From: an uncultured Syntrophaceae bacterium | Lineage (GTDB): Bacteria > Desulfobacterota > Syntrophia > Syntrophales > PHBD01 | Reading direction: 5' to 3' | NCBI GenBank assembly: GCA_964578535.1 | Contig: CAZODI010000007.1 | Location: forward strand, 18,785 to 82,784 | Length of the DNA: 64,000 nucleotides | In this document: one piece after another, positions 14,708-23,291 of the stretch | Numbering within the stretch: the first letter of the stretch is position 1 | How the letters are laid out: each line of letters opens with the position of its first letter | Program-made: the position numbers and the translations under genes | Notes under the pieces: generated by a model | Seen by the model: only the letters and a program-made list of their open reading frames with translations | Told to the model about the DNA's origin: nothing | Databases searched by the model: none

Positions 14708-15660
14708 AGGACGTAGTCCCGCTGGACCATCTGGCCGTCCCGGACGGACCGCCCCCAGATCCGGGCATACCGGAGCTTTGCCACGAAGTCCTTGTGGATC
14801 ATCTCCGCCATCTCCTCAACGGTGCAGCCCTCGGGGATCACGAAGGGGGCCGTCATGTCCGGCTCCTTCCCCGGCCGCCGGGTATAGACCCTGACCACGC
14901 CGGACATCCCGTAGAGCCTCTCCAGGAAGGCCATCAGGTTCCGTCCCGTCTTCGACGAGATCCCCATGGCGGGGCTCTTCACCTCCGACAGCTCCAGGAA
15001 CGTTTCATAATCCGCCTCGTGCTCCGGACGGTCCGTCTTATTGACCGCCACGAGCATCTTCTTGACGAAGGGGATTCTCTTCAGGTCCGGCGGGAGCGGG
15101 CGGCCTTCCGGGAAGACGCGGAACCCCGTGAGGACGGCGAGGGTCTCCTCCAACTGGGTCAGCGGGTCCGCCTGGAGATCCAGGAGGACGACGACGATGT
15201 CGCACCGGCGGAGCAGGTCCCCCAGCTCCGGGTCGGTGTATTCGGCGGTGACCGGCGGCGTGTCGATGAGCTGGATCTGGACGTTTTCGTAGGGAGCCAT
15301 GCCCGGTGTGGGCCGGTGGGTCGTATGGGGGAAGTCGCCCACCTCCGCCGTCGCCTTGGTCAGCCGGTTGAGGAGGGAGGACTTGCCGGTGTTGGGCATC
15401 CCCGTCAAGACGACCTGGGCGATCCCCTCGCGCTCGATGCTGTAGGGGGTCTTTGCCTTCGCTCCCCCGGATTTCTTCTGCCCCTGCTCCTTCAGCTTGG
15501 AGATCCGCTCCCGGAGCATCGCCTTGAGCTTGTCGGTGCCCTTGTGCTTGGGCATGATGGCGAGCATCTCCTCCAGGGCCTCGATCTTGGCCGCGGGGGT
15601 CCGGGCTTCCCGGAAGCGCTGTTCTGCCTCGAAATAGTGGGGCGGTAAGTTGGCCGGCAT
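14674..15660 (-). CDS. DRG/Rbg-like GTPase with C-terminal TGS domain
   Basis: G1 GMPNTGKSS, G3 DTPP, G4 NKTD. The N-terminal helical segment and C-terminal TGS (VRVYTRRPGKEPD...VLQDGDVVEL) are collinear with eukaryotic/archaeal DRG as I recall it. Confidence 0.85.
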   Translation of the reverse strand: MPANLPPHYFEAEQRFREARTPAAKIEALEEMLAIMPKHKGTDKLKAMLRERISKLKEQGQKKSGGAKAKTPYSIEREGIAQVVLTGMPNTGKSSLLNRLTKATAEVGDFPHTTHRPTPGMAPYENVQIQLIDTPPVTAEYTDPELGDLLRRCDIVVVLLDLQADPLTQLEETLAVLTGFRVFPEGRPLPPDLKRIPFVKKMLVAVNKTDRPEHEADYETFLELSEVKSPAMGISSKTGRNLMAFLERLYGMSGVVRVYTRRPGKEPDMTAPFVIPEGCTVEEMAEMIHKDFVAKLRYARIWGRSVRDGQMVQRDYVLQDGDVVELCV

Positions 15661-16444
15661 AGTGACCCGGATCGTAACAGGAAAAAGTGGCTTTATGGAA
15701 TCAAAATCGGAAGGCGGTTCCGACCCGGCCGAATCCGATATGGTTCCTGTCCGGATGCCCCCGGAGAGCCGTTCCCTCTTCCGGGGGGACGGAACTCAAC
15801 GGCCTGCTTCTCTGGTCCGCATGGGATGAATATCATCCATGCCATGATCCGTTTTCATCCAATATGTTATCTTTCCGGTATGGCCGTCGTTTTTCCCCTC
15901 TCGGCCGCATCGCGGTCAACCATAACCATCCGCATGAATAGAAATCATCCAATGCCGGATCTTCAGGCGCCGGACCGCGCAGGGATGGAGCCCGAGTGGA
16001 GGAAATGCCGTATCCACCCGAAATGGAAAGGCAACAAGCAGTGTCTTGCCGGTTGAATGGTTGGAGGCACAAACGTGGCATGAATCTGGCTCTCCGAATA
16101 GACTCATTTTGATATTGTGAATTCCTCAAAGCGGTTGATTCAGCAGCCGCCCGAAAGCGGTCGTACTTCAGGCATTCTCAGTTGATAGAGAAACCGGTTT
16201 TCCTCCCGTCGCTGCATATCGGCATGGATTCCATCACTCTCCTTCTGCTGGGTTGAATCGAATTGTATAAGCCAAATCATTGTCTTTGCAGGGAACACGG
16301 GGCATCCGGCACGGCGCCGAAATCCCTGCGAAGGAGGTAATATCGCGATGGATCCGGGCATGATGTCGAAACGCCCGCGTCCTTCCGGTGAATTCCCGAA
16401 TCACAAGCAGAAGGTTCCCTTTGTCTTGCGGAGGAGGTGAGATC

Positions 16445-17419
16445 ATGTGGGAGACAAGGATCACCAGGCTGTTGAACATTCGTTATCCGATCCTGATGGG
16501 GGGCATGCATCGCCTGTCGACTGCCGAGATGGTCGGCGCACTGGCTGAAGCAGGCGGCCTGGGGTTCCTTCCGGCGGCGTCTTTTCCGTCGCCCGAGGAG
16601 CTGCGCAGGGAGATCCGGAAGGCCCGATCGATCACGGACAAACCGATCGGGGTGAACGTCTCGCTCATTCCGTCCGTCTATCCCGGTGAGGGGATGATGC
16701 AGGAGATGATCGACGTGGGGATCGAGGAGCGGGTCGCGGCATTCGAAACGGCCGGTGGCTCTCCCGCCCCGTTCGTCGACCGGATGAAGAAGGCGAAGAT
16801 TCCCGTCCTGCACAAGGTCACACAGGTCAAATTTGCGCAGAAAGCGGCTGCCCTGGGTGTGGACGCCGTCATCGTCATCGGTTTTGAAGGCGGCGGCTAC
16901 ATCGGCTCGGCGGAGATTGCATCGCTGATACTCACCGGAAACGCGTCGCGGGCCGTTTCCATTCCCGTCGTGGCCGCGGGAGGCTTTGTGGACGGCCGGG
17001 GCTTGATGGCCGCGCTGTCCCTGGGCGCGGAGGGAGTCCTCATGGGGACCCGTTTCATCGCGTCGACGGAAGCAGGACTGCGCCCCGGTTTTTCCGAGTG
17101 GATGATCCGGGCCGGCGAAGGAGACACCACGCTCCTGATGAAGTCGGTCAACAATCCCGTCCGATTCCTTCGCAACAAGGTAACGCAGGCGGTCGAAACG
17201 ATGGAACGGGAGGGGCGATCCATCGGGGACATCCTGAGCGTCGTCGGTCCCGCGCAATCGGAGGACATCCGTCGTGAAGACGACACGGAGAACAGGCTCT
17301 TCCCCGTCGGGCAGGGGGTCAGCATGATCGGAGACGTGAAGCCGATCCGGGCGATCGTCGGGGACATCATCCGGGAGGCGGAGCAGTCCCTGTCGAGATT
17401 GAACGCAATGAGGAGATAA
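16445..17419 (+). CDS. nitronate monooxygenase / FabK-like FMN oxidoreductase (NMO family)
   Basis: ATG at 16445 after GGAGGAGG. Family pattern: ITRLLNIRYPILMGGM...AEAGGLGFL...GFEGGGY...AAGGFVDGRG...GAEGVLMGTRF. Confidence 0.85.
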   Translation: MWETRITRLLNIRYPILMGGMHRLSTAEMVGALAEAGGLGFLPAASFPSPEELRREIRKARSITDKPIGVNVSLIPSVYPGEGMMQEMIDVGIEERVAAFETAGGSPAPFVDRMKKAKIPVLHKVTQVKFAQKAAALGVDAVIVIGFEGGGYIGSAEIASLILTGNASRAVSIPVVAAGGFVDGRGLMAALSLGAEGVLMGTRFIASTEAGLRPGFSEWMIRAGEGDTTLLMKSVNNPVRFLRNKVTQAVETMEREGRSIGDILSVVGPAQSEDIRREDDTENRLFPVGQGVSMIGDVKPIRAIVGDIIREAEQSLSRLNAMRR

Positions 17420-17480
17420 AGCGTCCCCACAGGTTATTTCATCATCCATATTCATCTGTTGCCAACGAGAACGAGAAAGG

Positions 17481-19043
17481 ATGTCCGATATGCTGATTGG
17501 CGACCTTCTGACAAGAGCGGCAAAATGGTATCCGGAAAAGGAAGGGATTGTATTCGAAGATAAACGATTTACGTATCGGGAGTTGAATGCCCGGGCGAAC
17601 GCACTGGCCCATGCATTCCTGGAGATGGGCGTCAGGAAGGGCGATCGCATCGCCGTGATCTGCCACAATTCCCATTATTATTTCGAGGCCGTCTTCGCCG
17701 CGGCCAAGATCGGTGCCGTCTCGACCAACCTCAACTGGCGCCTGTCTCCCCGGGAAATGGCCTTCCTGGTCGACGATTCGGATGCCCGGGTCATCCTCTT
17801 CTCCGGGCGGTTTGCACACCTTTTCGAGCCGATGATGGCGCTGATGAACCGGAAGTTCACCCTGATCGGCGTGGAAGGGACGTTGAGGGACGACATGCTC
17901 GATTATGACGAGCTCATTGCCCGTTACCCGGGCCACGAGCCCGAAGCGGACGTGCACGAGGACGATGTCATGCTGCAGATCTATACAAGCGGCACGACGG
18001 GCCGTTCCAAAGGGGTCATGCTGACTCATGCCAACCTCATGGCCAACTGCAGGAACACGGTCATCGAGCTGCAGTTGGATCGGAGCTGCAATCTCCTGGG
18101 AATTCTTCCCATGTTTCATATTGCCATCTCCACGGTTTTTACCGTGGTGATGATCGGAGCAAAGGTAACGTTTCTCCATGGATTTGACCTGACCGCCATC
18201 CTGGAGACGATCGTAAAGGAAAAGGTCACCGCACTCGGCTTCACGCCAATCATGTTCCTGTTCCTCCTGGAGCATCCGACCATCGACCGGTATGACCTGA
18301 GCTCCGTCAAGGACATCATTTATGCGACCGCACCGATGTCCCCGGATCTCCTGGCGCGTTCCATGAAGAAATTTCAATGCAATTTCATTCAATTTTTCGG
18401 AATGACGGAGATGAGCCCCGTCATGACGATGCTGATTGCCGAGGATCACGTTCTCGAGGGGCCTGAGCATAAGATGCGATGGCTGGGTTCGGCGGGCCGG
18501 CCTGTGATGGACGTGGAGGTGAGGATTGTCGACGAAACGGGCAACGACTGCCCTCCCGGGGTCACGGGAGAGATCATCGGTCGCGGGCCCACCGTGATGA
18601 AAGGGTACCACAAGCTTCCCGCCGAGACGGCCCGGGCCATCCGGGATGGCTGGTATCACACGGGAGATATGGGGTATTTAGACGATTACGGATACCTGTT
18701 CATCGCCGACCGCAAGACCGACATGATCATCTCCGGTGGGGAAAACATCTATCCCCGGGAGGTGGAGGAGGCGATCCAGAAGATGGAGGGGATCATGGAC
18801 GTTGCCGTGATCGGGGTTCCCGACGATGCCTGGGGCGAGGCGGTGAAGGCCGTTGTCATCAGGATGCCCGGATGCGACGTGACGGAAGCCATGGTGATCG
18901 AGCACTGCAAGAATCACATTGCCAGTTACAAGAAGCCGAAATCCGTCGATTTTGTGGATGCAATGCCGCGAAGCGCAATGGGGAAAATCCTCAAGCACGA
19001 GTTGCGGGCCAGGTACTGGGAAGGCAGAACGAGAAAAGTGTGA
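17481..19043 (+). CDS. AMP-dependent acyl-CoA synthetase/ligase
   Basis: AMP-binding motif YTSGTTGRSKGVMLTH, GEI..RGP..MKGY, DGWYHTGD and the C-terminal GKILK. Confidence 0.9.
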   Translation: MSDMLIGDLLTRAAKWYPEKEGIVFEDKRFTYRELNARANALAHAFLEMGVRKGDRIAVICHNSHYYFEAVFAAAKIGAVSTNLNWRLSPREMAFLVDDSDARVILFSGRFAHLFEPMMALMNRKFTLIGVEGTLRDDMLDYDELIARYPGHEPEADVHEDDVMLQIYTSGTTGRSKGVMLTHANLMANCRNTVIELQLDRSCNLLGILPMFHIAISTVFTVVMIGAKVTFLHGFDLTAILETIVKEKVTALGFTPIMFLFLLEHPTIDRYDLSSVKDIIYATAPMSPDLLARSMKKFQCNFIQFFGMTEMSPVMTMLIAEDHVLEGPEHKMRWLGSAGRPVMDVEVRIVDETGNDCPPGVTGEIIGRGPTVMKGYHKLPAETARAIRDGWYHTGDMGYLDDYGYLFIADRKTDMIISGGENIYPREVEEAIQKMEGIMDVAVIGVPDDAWGEAVKAVVIRMPGCDVTEAMVIEHCKNHIASYKKPKSVDFVDAMPRSAMGKILKHELRARYWEGRTRKV

Positions 19044-19058
19044 AAAAGGAGCCAGGGC

Positions 19059-20207
19059 ATGAACTACAGTGTGTTTCATAAGGAGCATGAGCAATTCCGG
19101 CAGCAGGTCCGGCGCTTCCTGTCGGAAAGGGTTTCGCCGTACGTGGAGCAGTGGGGAGCGGAGCGTCGGATTCCGAAGGAGATCTGGCGGGAAATGGGCA
19201 GCCTGGGCTTTCTGGGGTTCTGTTATGACCCCGCCTACGGCGGCTCCGGGGCGGACGAGCTGTTTCGCGTCGTCCTGATCGAGGAAATGGCGCGGGCCAA
19301 CGCGGGAGGATTCTGTCTCGCAATGACGGGCCACAATGACATGTCCACGACTTACATCAACCTTCTCGGCAATCATGAGCAGAAGCTGAAATGGCTGGCG
19401 CCCTGCGTTTCCGGCGAAAAGGTCTGCGCCATTGCTGTAACGGAGCCCGGCGCGGGTTCCGACGTCGCGGGAATGGCCACGCGAGCCGAGCGGGCCGGAG
19501 ATCGCTACATCGTCAACGGCCAGAAGACATTCATCACCAACGGGTATCACGGAGACATCCTCGTTACGGCGGTCAAGACGGATCTGAAGGCAAACCCGCC
19601 CCACAAGGGCATTTCCCTGATGGTCATCGAACGGGACACTCCGGGAGTCACCGCGCGGAAACTGGAGAAGATCGGGGCCCATGCATCGGACACGGCTGAA
19701 ATCTTCTTCGACCAGGTGGAGGTGCCGGCGGAGAACCTTCTCGGGATGGAAGGCCAGGGATTCTACGCCATCATGATGAATTTCCAGCTCGAACGGCTCG
19801 CCATCGGAGTGCTCTGCGTGGAGACGGCTCAATATATATTGGAAAAGGTCCTGGATCACACCCGCCAGCGGATCGCCTTCGGAAGGCCGCTCGCCAAGCT
19901 CCAGGTGGTCCGTCACAAGCTGGCGGACATGGCGACCGCGATCGAGCTGAACCGGGCGCTGGGGTATCAGTGCGCCATTCAGTACTCGAATGGCGCGGAC
20001 GTCACAAAGGAGATCTCCATGTTCAAGGCCTCCTCATCGGAGATGGTCAACCGGGTGGCCTACGACGCCACCCAGCTGTACGGCGGATACGGATTCATGG
20101 CCGAATACGATGTGGCCCGTCTGTATGCCGATTTGCGGCCGGTCACCATTGCCGGCGGAGCGACGGAGGTCATGAAAGACATCATCGGCCGCCTCATGGG
20201 CCTGTAA
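19059..20207 (+). CDS. acyl-CoA dehydrogenase
   Basis: ACAD pattern: AVTEPGAGSD, FITNG, QLYGGYGFMAEYDVARLYADLRPVTIAGGATEV. Confidence 0.9.
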   Translation: MNYSVFHKEHEQFRQQVRRFLSERVSPYVEQWGAERRIPKEIWREMGSLGFLGFCYDPAYGGSGADELFRVVLIEEMARANAGGFCLAMTGHNDMSTTYINLLGNHEQKLKWLAPCVSGEKVCAIAVTEPGAGSDVAGMATRAERAGDRYIVNGQKTFITNGYHGDILVTAVKTDLKANPPHKGISLMVIERDTPGVTARKLEKIGAHASDTAEIFFDQVEVPAENLLGMEGQGFYAIMMNFQLERLAIGVLCVETAQYILEKVLDHTRQRIAFGRPLAKLQVVRHKLADMATAIELNRALGYQCAIQYSNGADVTKEISMFKASSSEMVNRVAYDATQLYGGYGFMAEYDVARLYADLRPVTIAGGATEVMKDIIGRLMGL

Positions 20208-20406
20208 GGCGAATTCGCACTGTTTCATCAAAGACAGGGGGCAAGAGCTTCTTCAACCATACAATCAGAGAGATGTCCGGAATTGTTTTCCATGTCGCTT
20301 TTCTCAGGTGGGCAAAGACCGGAAAATGTGCTATGAAGCCGCCGTTCCACGAGATCGAACGGAGCGGACGACCTTGAACGAACGGGGGACAAAAGACGTC
20401 AAACGA

Positions 20407-20435
20407 GGGGCAGAGGGATACTCTGCCCCTTTTTT
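20407..20435 (+). terminator. rho-independent terminator
   Basis: Perfect 9-bp stem ggggcagag/ctctgcccc with a 5-nt loop, followed by T6 (20430-20435). It lies ~200 nt after the acyl-CoA dehydrogenase stop. Confidence 0.55.
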
Positions 20436-20455
20436 CGTCAAAAAGGAGATGAGAC

Positions 20456-21406
20456 ATGGTCAAGGTGAGTGAAATGAAGCGGGCGGTCGTGGTCGGTGCG
20501 GGGACCATGGGGCATTCCATCGCGCAGGTCTTTGCACAGCACGGGATTGAAGTCGGACTGGCGGACACAAAAAGTGAGTACCTGGAGCGGGCCATGCAGC
20601 TGATCCGGGCCAACCTGGAGACGCTGGCCGACTACGGAACGGTGAAACAGGGGGACATCCCGGCCATCCTGGGGAGGATCATCCCGTCGACGGACCTGGC
20701 TTTCGCGGCGGAGGGCGCCGATTTTGCCATTGAGGCCGTCGTGGAGGTACCGGACGTCAAGAAGGCCGTTTTCCAGCAGCTCGAGCGGATCTGTCCGGAG
20801 GGGGCGATCCTCGCCAGCAATACCTCCTCTCTGGACGTTTTCTCCATCGTCGGCGATATCCACCGGCCCGAGCGGCTCCTCATCACCCACTGGTTCGCGC
20901 CGCCCCACATCATCCCGCTGGTGGAGGTCGTCCCCGGCCCGAAGACGGCGCCGGAGGCGATGGACTTCGCCGTGCGGCTCATGGAGCGCCTGGGGAAGAA
21001 GACCGTGGTGCTCAAGCAGTTCGTCCCCAGCTTCATCGTCAACCGGATCCAGCAGATGATCTTCTTTGGTGTCCTGGAGATCCTGAAGAACGACTGGGCC
21101 TCCCCGGAGGACATCGACCTGGCGGTCAAGGCCAGCCTCGGCGTGCGGCTTCCTGTGGTCGGCGCCGTCCAGACCCTCGATTTTACGGGCCTGGACCTGG
21201 TGGACATCATGATCAAGAACGCCCTGGGCCAGTCTCCGGCCTTCATCGCCGATCCCGTGGCGAAGGGGCACCTGGGGGCGAAGACCTCGAAGGGGCTCTT
21301 CGACTACGGCGGACGCCCGGAGGAGGAGATCCTGAAGAAGAGGGACAAGCGCTACCTGGCGATGCTGGAGTCGATGGAGAAGCTGGGGGTGTTCGATCCC
21401 GTATAA
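20456..21406 (+). CDS. 3-hydroxyacyl-CoA dehydrogenase (NAD-binding, Hbd-like)
   Basis: Rossmann motif VVVGAGTMGHSIAQ and the 3HCDH N- and C-domain pattern. AAAGGAGA lies upstream of ATG 20456; an alternative start is 20474. Confidence 0.9.
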   Translation: MVKVSEMKRAVVVGAGTMGHSIAQVFAQHGIEVGLADTKSEYLERAMQLIRANLETLADYGTVKQGDIPAILGRIIPSTDLAFAAEGADFAIEAVVEVPDVKKAVFQQLERICPEGAILASNTSSLDVFSIVGDIHRPERLLITHWFAPPHIIPLVEVVPGPKTAPEAMDFAVRLMERLGKKTVVLKQFVPSFIVNRIQQMIFFGVLEILKNDWASPEDIDLAVKASLGVRLPVVGAVQTLDFTGLDLVDIMIKNALGQSPAFIADPVAKGHLGAKTSKGLFDYGGRPEEEILKKRDKRYLAMLESMEKLGVFDPV

Positions 21407-21437
21407 AAGCTGGAATCTGTCCGGCCATGCAGACAGG

Positions 21438-21476
21438 AAGAGGGAGCGGGCTTGCGTCTGCTCCCTCTTTGTACTT
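21438..21476. terminator. hairpin between convergent genes (candidate bidirectional terminator)
   Basis: 10-bp stem aagagggagc/gctccctctt (21438-21447 / 21460-21469) with a 12-nt loop and a T-rich tail on the plus strand. Confidence 0.45.
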
Positions 21477-21481
21477 CCGGT

Positions 21482-21753
21482 TCAGTAGAGAATTCGAAAA
21501 TCCTGGAATTCACCGGAATAGGGTTCTTCCCGGACTTCCGTTTTCGTCACCGTCGCCGCGGGGGGCCCTGCCGGCACCAGGCGGCGAGGGCCTCCACCGC
21601 CGGGGTTTCCCCTTCAAGGAGGGCCTCGACCCGGCCGTCCGGCAGGTTCCGGACCCATCCCGTCACACCCCGGGCACGGGCTGTCCGGACCGTCCAGGCC
21701 CGGAAGGCCACGCCCTGGACGATGCCCGTTACGAAAATGCGGATGCGCTTCAC
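21482..21753 (-). pseudogene. acyP: acylphosphatase, reading frame broken in a G6/C6 homopolymer (pseudogene or assembly error)
   Basis: GTG 21753 (SD GGGGAG) gives MKRIRIFVTGIVQGVAFRAWT...GWVRNLPDGRVEALLEG...WCRQGPP and then stops at 21547. Adding one base at the run 21560-21565 continues as AATVTKTEVREEPYSGEFQDFRILY*, the canonical acylphosphatase C-terminus. Confidence 0.75.
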
Positions 21754-22038
21754 CGATCGCTCCCCTGCCTGAAAATCCCCTTCACCGTTGCGGGGGCGGG
21801 GATGAATCCGGCGCCCGTTCCGGCGGGATGAAGGCAGGGTTGCTTTATACCGCCCGCCGCTGCGGATTGCAACGGCCGCCCCCCCCCGCCCTGTATTTCC
21901 GCCCCTGTTCTTTCCGTACCGGCCGTGCTATTCTCACCACCGTACGGGGAAGTCCTTTCCCGCCTCCGTGTTCTTGCGATCAAACAGAGCTCACCGTTTC
22001 ACCGGTCCCTTGGACCGAACGAAGAAAGGAGAATACCG

Positions 22039-22869
22039 ATGCAGGCACTCTTCACCCTCACCCCAGCGGAATCGAAGCGGCTGATCGGCAAAGGCGTGGC
22101 CTCCCTGCCGAGCATCCAGAATGCGAAAAACAAGGGCTACCTCCTCATCGGGCGGGGATCCACCAACGCCTACATTCTCGAGGAGCTTCTGGGGAAGCCG
22201 GTCCGCAAGGAGGGGTACGTGGCCGGCCAGGTCATCCGCGGCGTCCTGTGCGTCCTGGGGGCGGAGGAGCGGACGAAGCCCGTGACGTTCCACAAGGGCA
22301 AGATCCTCCCCGTGGAGCCGGGATCGGTTCTCGACAAGCTGGGTCCCGGGGACATCATGATCAAGGGGGGCAATGCGCTGGATGCCAACGGGAACGTGGG
22401 CGTCATCATGGTCAATCCGATGGGCGGGACGATGGGCCAGTTCTACATGGCCCTGAAGGCCCGGGGCCTGGAGATGATCTACGCGGTGGGCCTGGAGAAG
22501 ATGATCCCCTCCGTGCCGATGGCGGCCCAGTACGGCGGGACCATGACGACGGACAAGGCGATCGGCCCACCCGTCGGCCTGGCCTGTGTTTCCGATGGCA
22601 TCGTCTTCACCGAGATCGACGCCATCGAAAACCTCTTCGGCATCGACGCCGTGCATTTCGCATCCGGAGGCTGGGGGGGAGCCGAGGGATGCGTCACTCT
22701 CGTGGTCGAGGGTCCCGATGCCAAGGTCAAACAGTGCCTGAAGTTCATCGAGCAGAAGATCAAGGGAGAGCCGCCTCTGCCCGCGGCCAAGAGCCCTTGC
22801 AAGACCTGCACGATCTCCTGCAGCTTCCAGAAGAAGGACGACAAAAAACTTCCCGCCTGGCTCCGCTGA
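22039..22869 (+). CDS. conserved hypothetical protein (276 aa) with a Cys-rich C-terminal tail
   Basis: ATG at 22039 after GAAAGGAGA. Codon usage is uniform and a strong terminator follows the gene. I recognise no family. The tail reads PCKTCTISCSFQKKDDKK. Confidence 0.7.
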   Translation: MQALFTLTPAESKRLIGKGVASLPSIQNAKNKGYLLIGRGSTNAYILEELLGKPVRKEGYVAGQVIRGVLCVLGAEERTKPVTFHKGKILPVEPGSVLDKLGPGDIMIKGGNALDANGNVGVIMVNPMGGTMGQFYMALKARGLEMIYAVGLEKMIPSVPMAAQYGGTMTTDKAIGPPVGLACVSDGIVFTEIDAIENLFGIDAVHFASGGWGGAEGCVTLVVEGPDAKVKQCLKFIEQKIKGEPPLPAAKSPCKTCTISCSFQKKDDKKLPAWLR

Positions 22870-22877
22870 TGCATGAA

Positions 22878-22915
22878 GGGGGGCGGATTTCCGATCCGTC
22901 CCCCTCTTTTCTTTC
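22878..22915 (+). terminator. rho-independent terminator
   Basis: 11-bp stem ggggggcggat/atccgtccccc (one G-U pair) with loop ttccg and tail tcttttctttc, 9 nt after the stop at 22869. Confidence 0.65.
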
Positions 22916-22977
22916 ACTTCGCATCAGGGCGCGGGGGCTGTCACGGGGTTCCCGCCGTCGCGGACATTTTTTCCCGT

Positions 22978-23066
22978 GTTCCCTCGTCGACGGTTTGTCA
23001 GGCTGGAGGGATGGGAAAAAAGTCCTGATCGCTCCTCTGGGAATCCCCGGCCGCGCCCCCGCGAAC
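22978..23066. repeat. dispersed intergenic repeat family, copy A (motif 3 + motif 1, internal part missing)
   Basis: gttccctcgtcga (22978-22990) matches 45781 and 58455. gctcctctgggaatccccggccgcgcccccgcgaac (23031-23066) matches 58583-58618 at 34 of 36 positions. Confidence 0.55.
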
Positions 23067-23291
23067 GTCGGTCGGGAAGCGGGGGCTTCCCGGAGCGCGA
23101 ATAGCGGCTTTTTCGGGGCACCCTGCCGTCGCAGCGCAGCGCCCGCAAAGTCATCTGTCTGAGCGCCCCTGGGCGCGAGTTATGACTTTGCAGCGGAGCG
23201 AGACGATGCAGGGTCGAAAAAACGCTTCTGAGCGCGAGGGAAGCGCTGCTCCTACTTGTCGGCCTCCCATCCGCGTCTGATTTTCTAAAAA

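Noticed and set aside
16076-16091. Sigma54 promoter (TGGCATgaatcTGGCT) driving the acyl-CoA cluster
   Set aside because: The GG/GC spacing is correct, but two consensus positions are off. It lies ~355 nt from the first ATG, and no enhancer-binding protein gene is nearby. It is mentioned in the 15661-16444 finding but not listed as a feature.
20273-20377. 34-codon ORF (MSGIVFHVAFLRWAKTGKCAMKPPFHEIERSGRP) between the acyl-CoA dehydrogenase gene and the terminator
   Set aside because: It has no SD and no recognisable motif, and it is too short to support from sequence alone. A read-through (selenocysteine) extension past its TGA gives nonsense.
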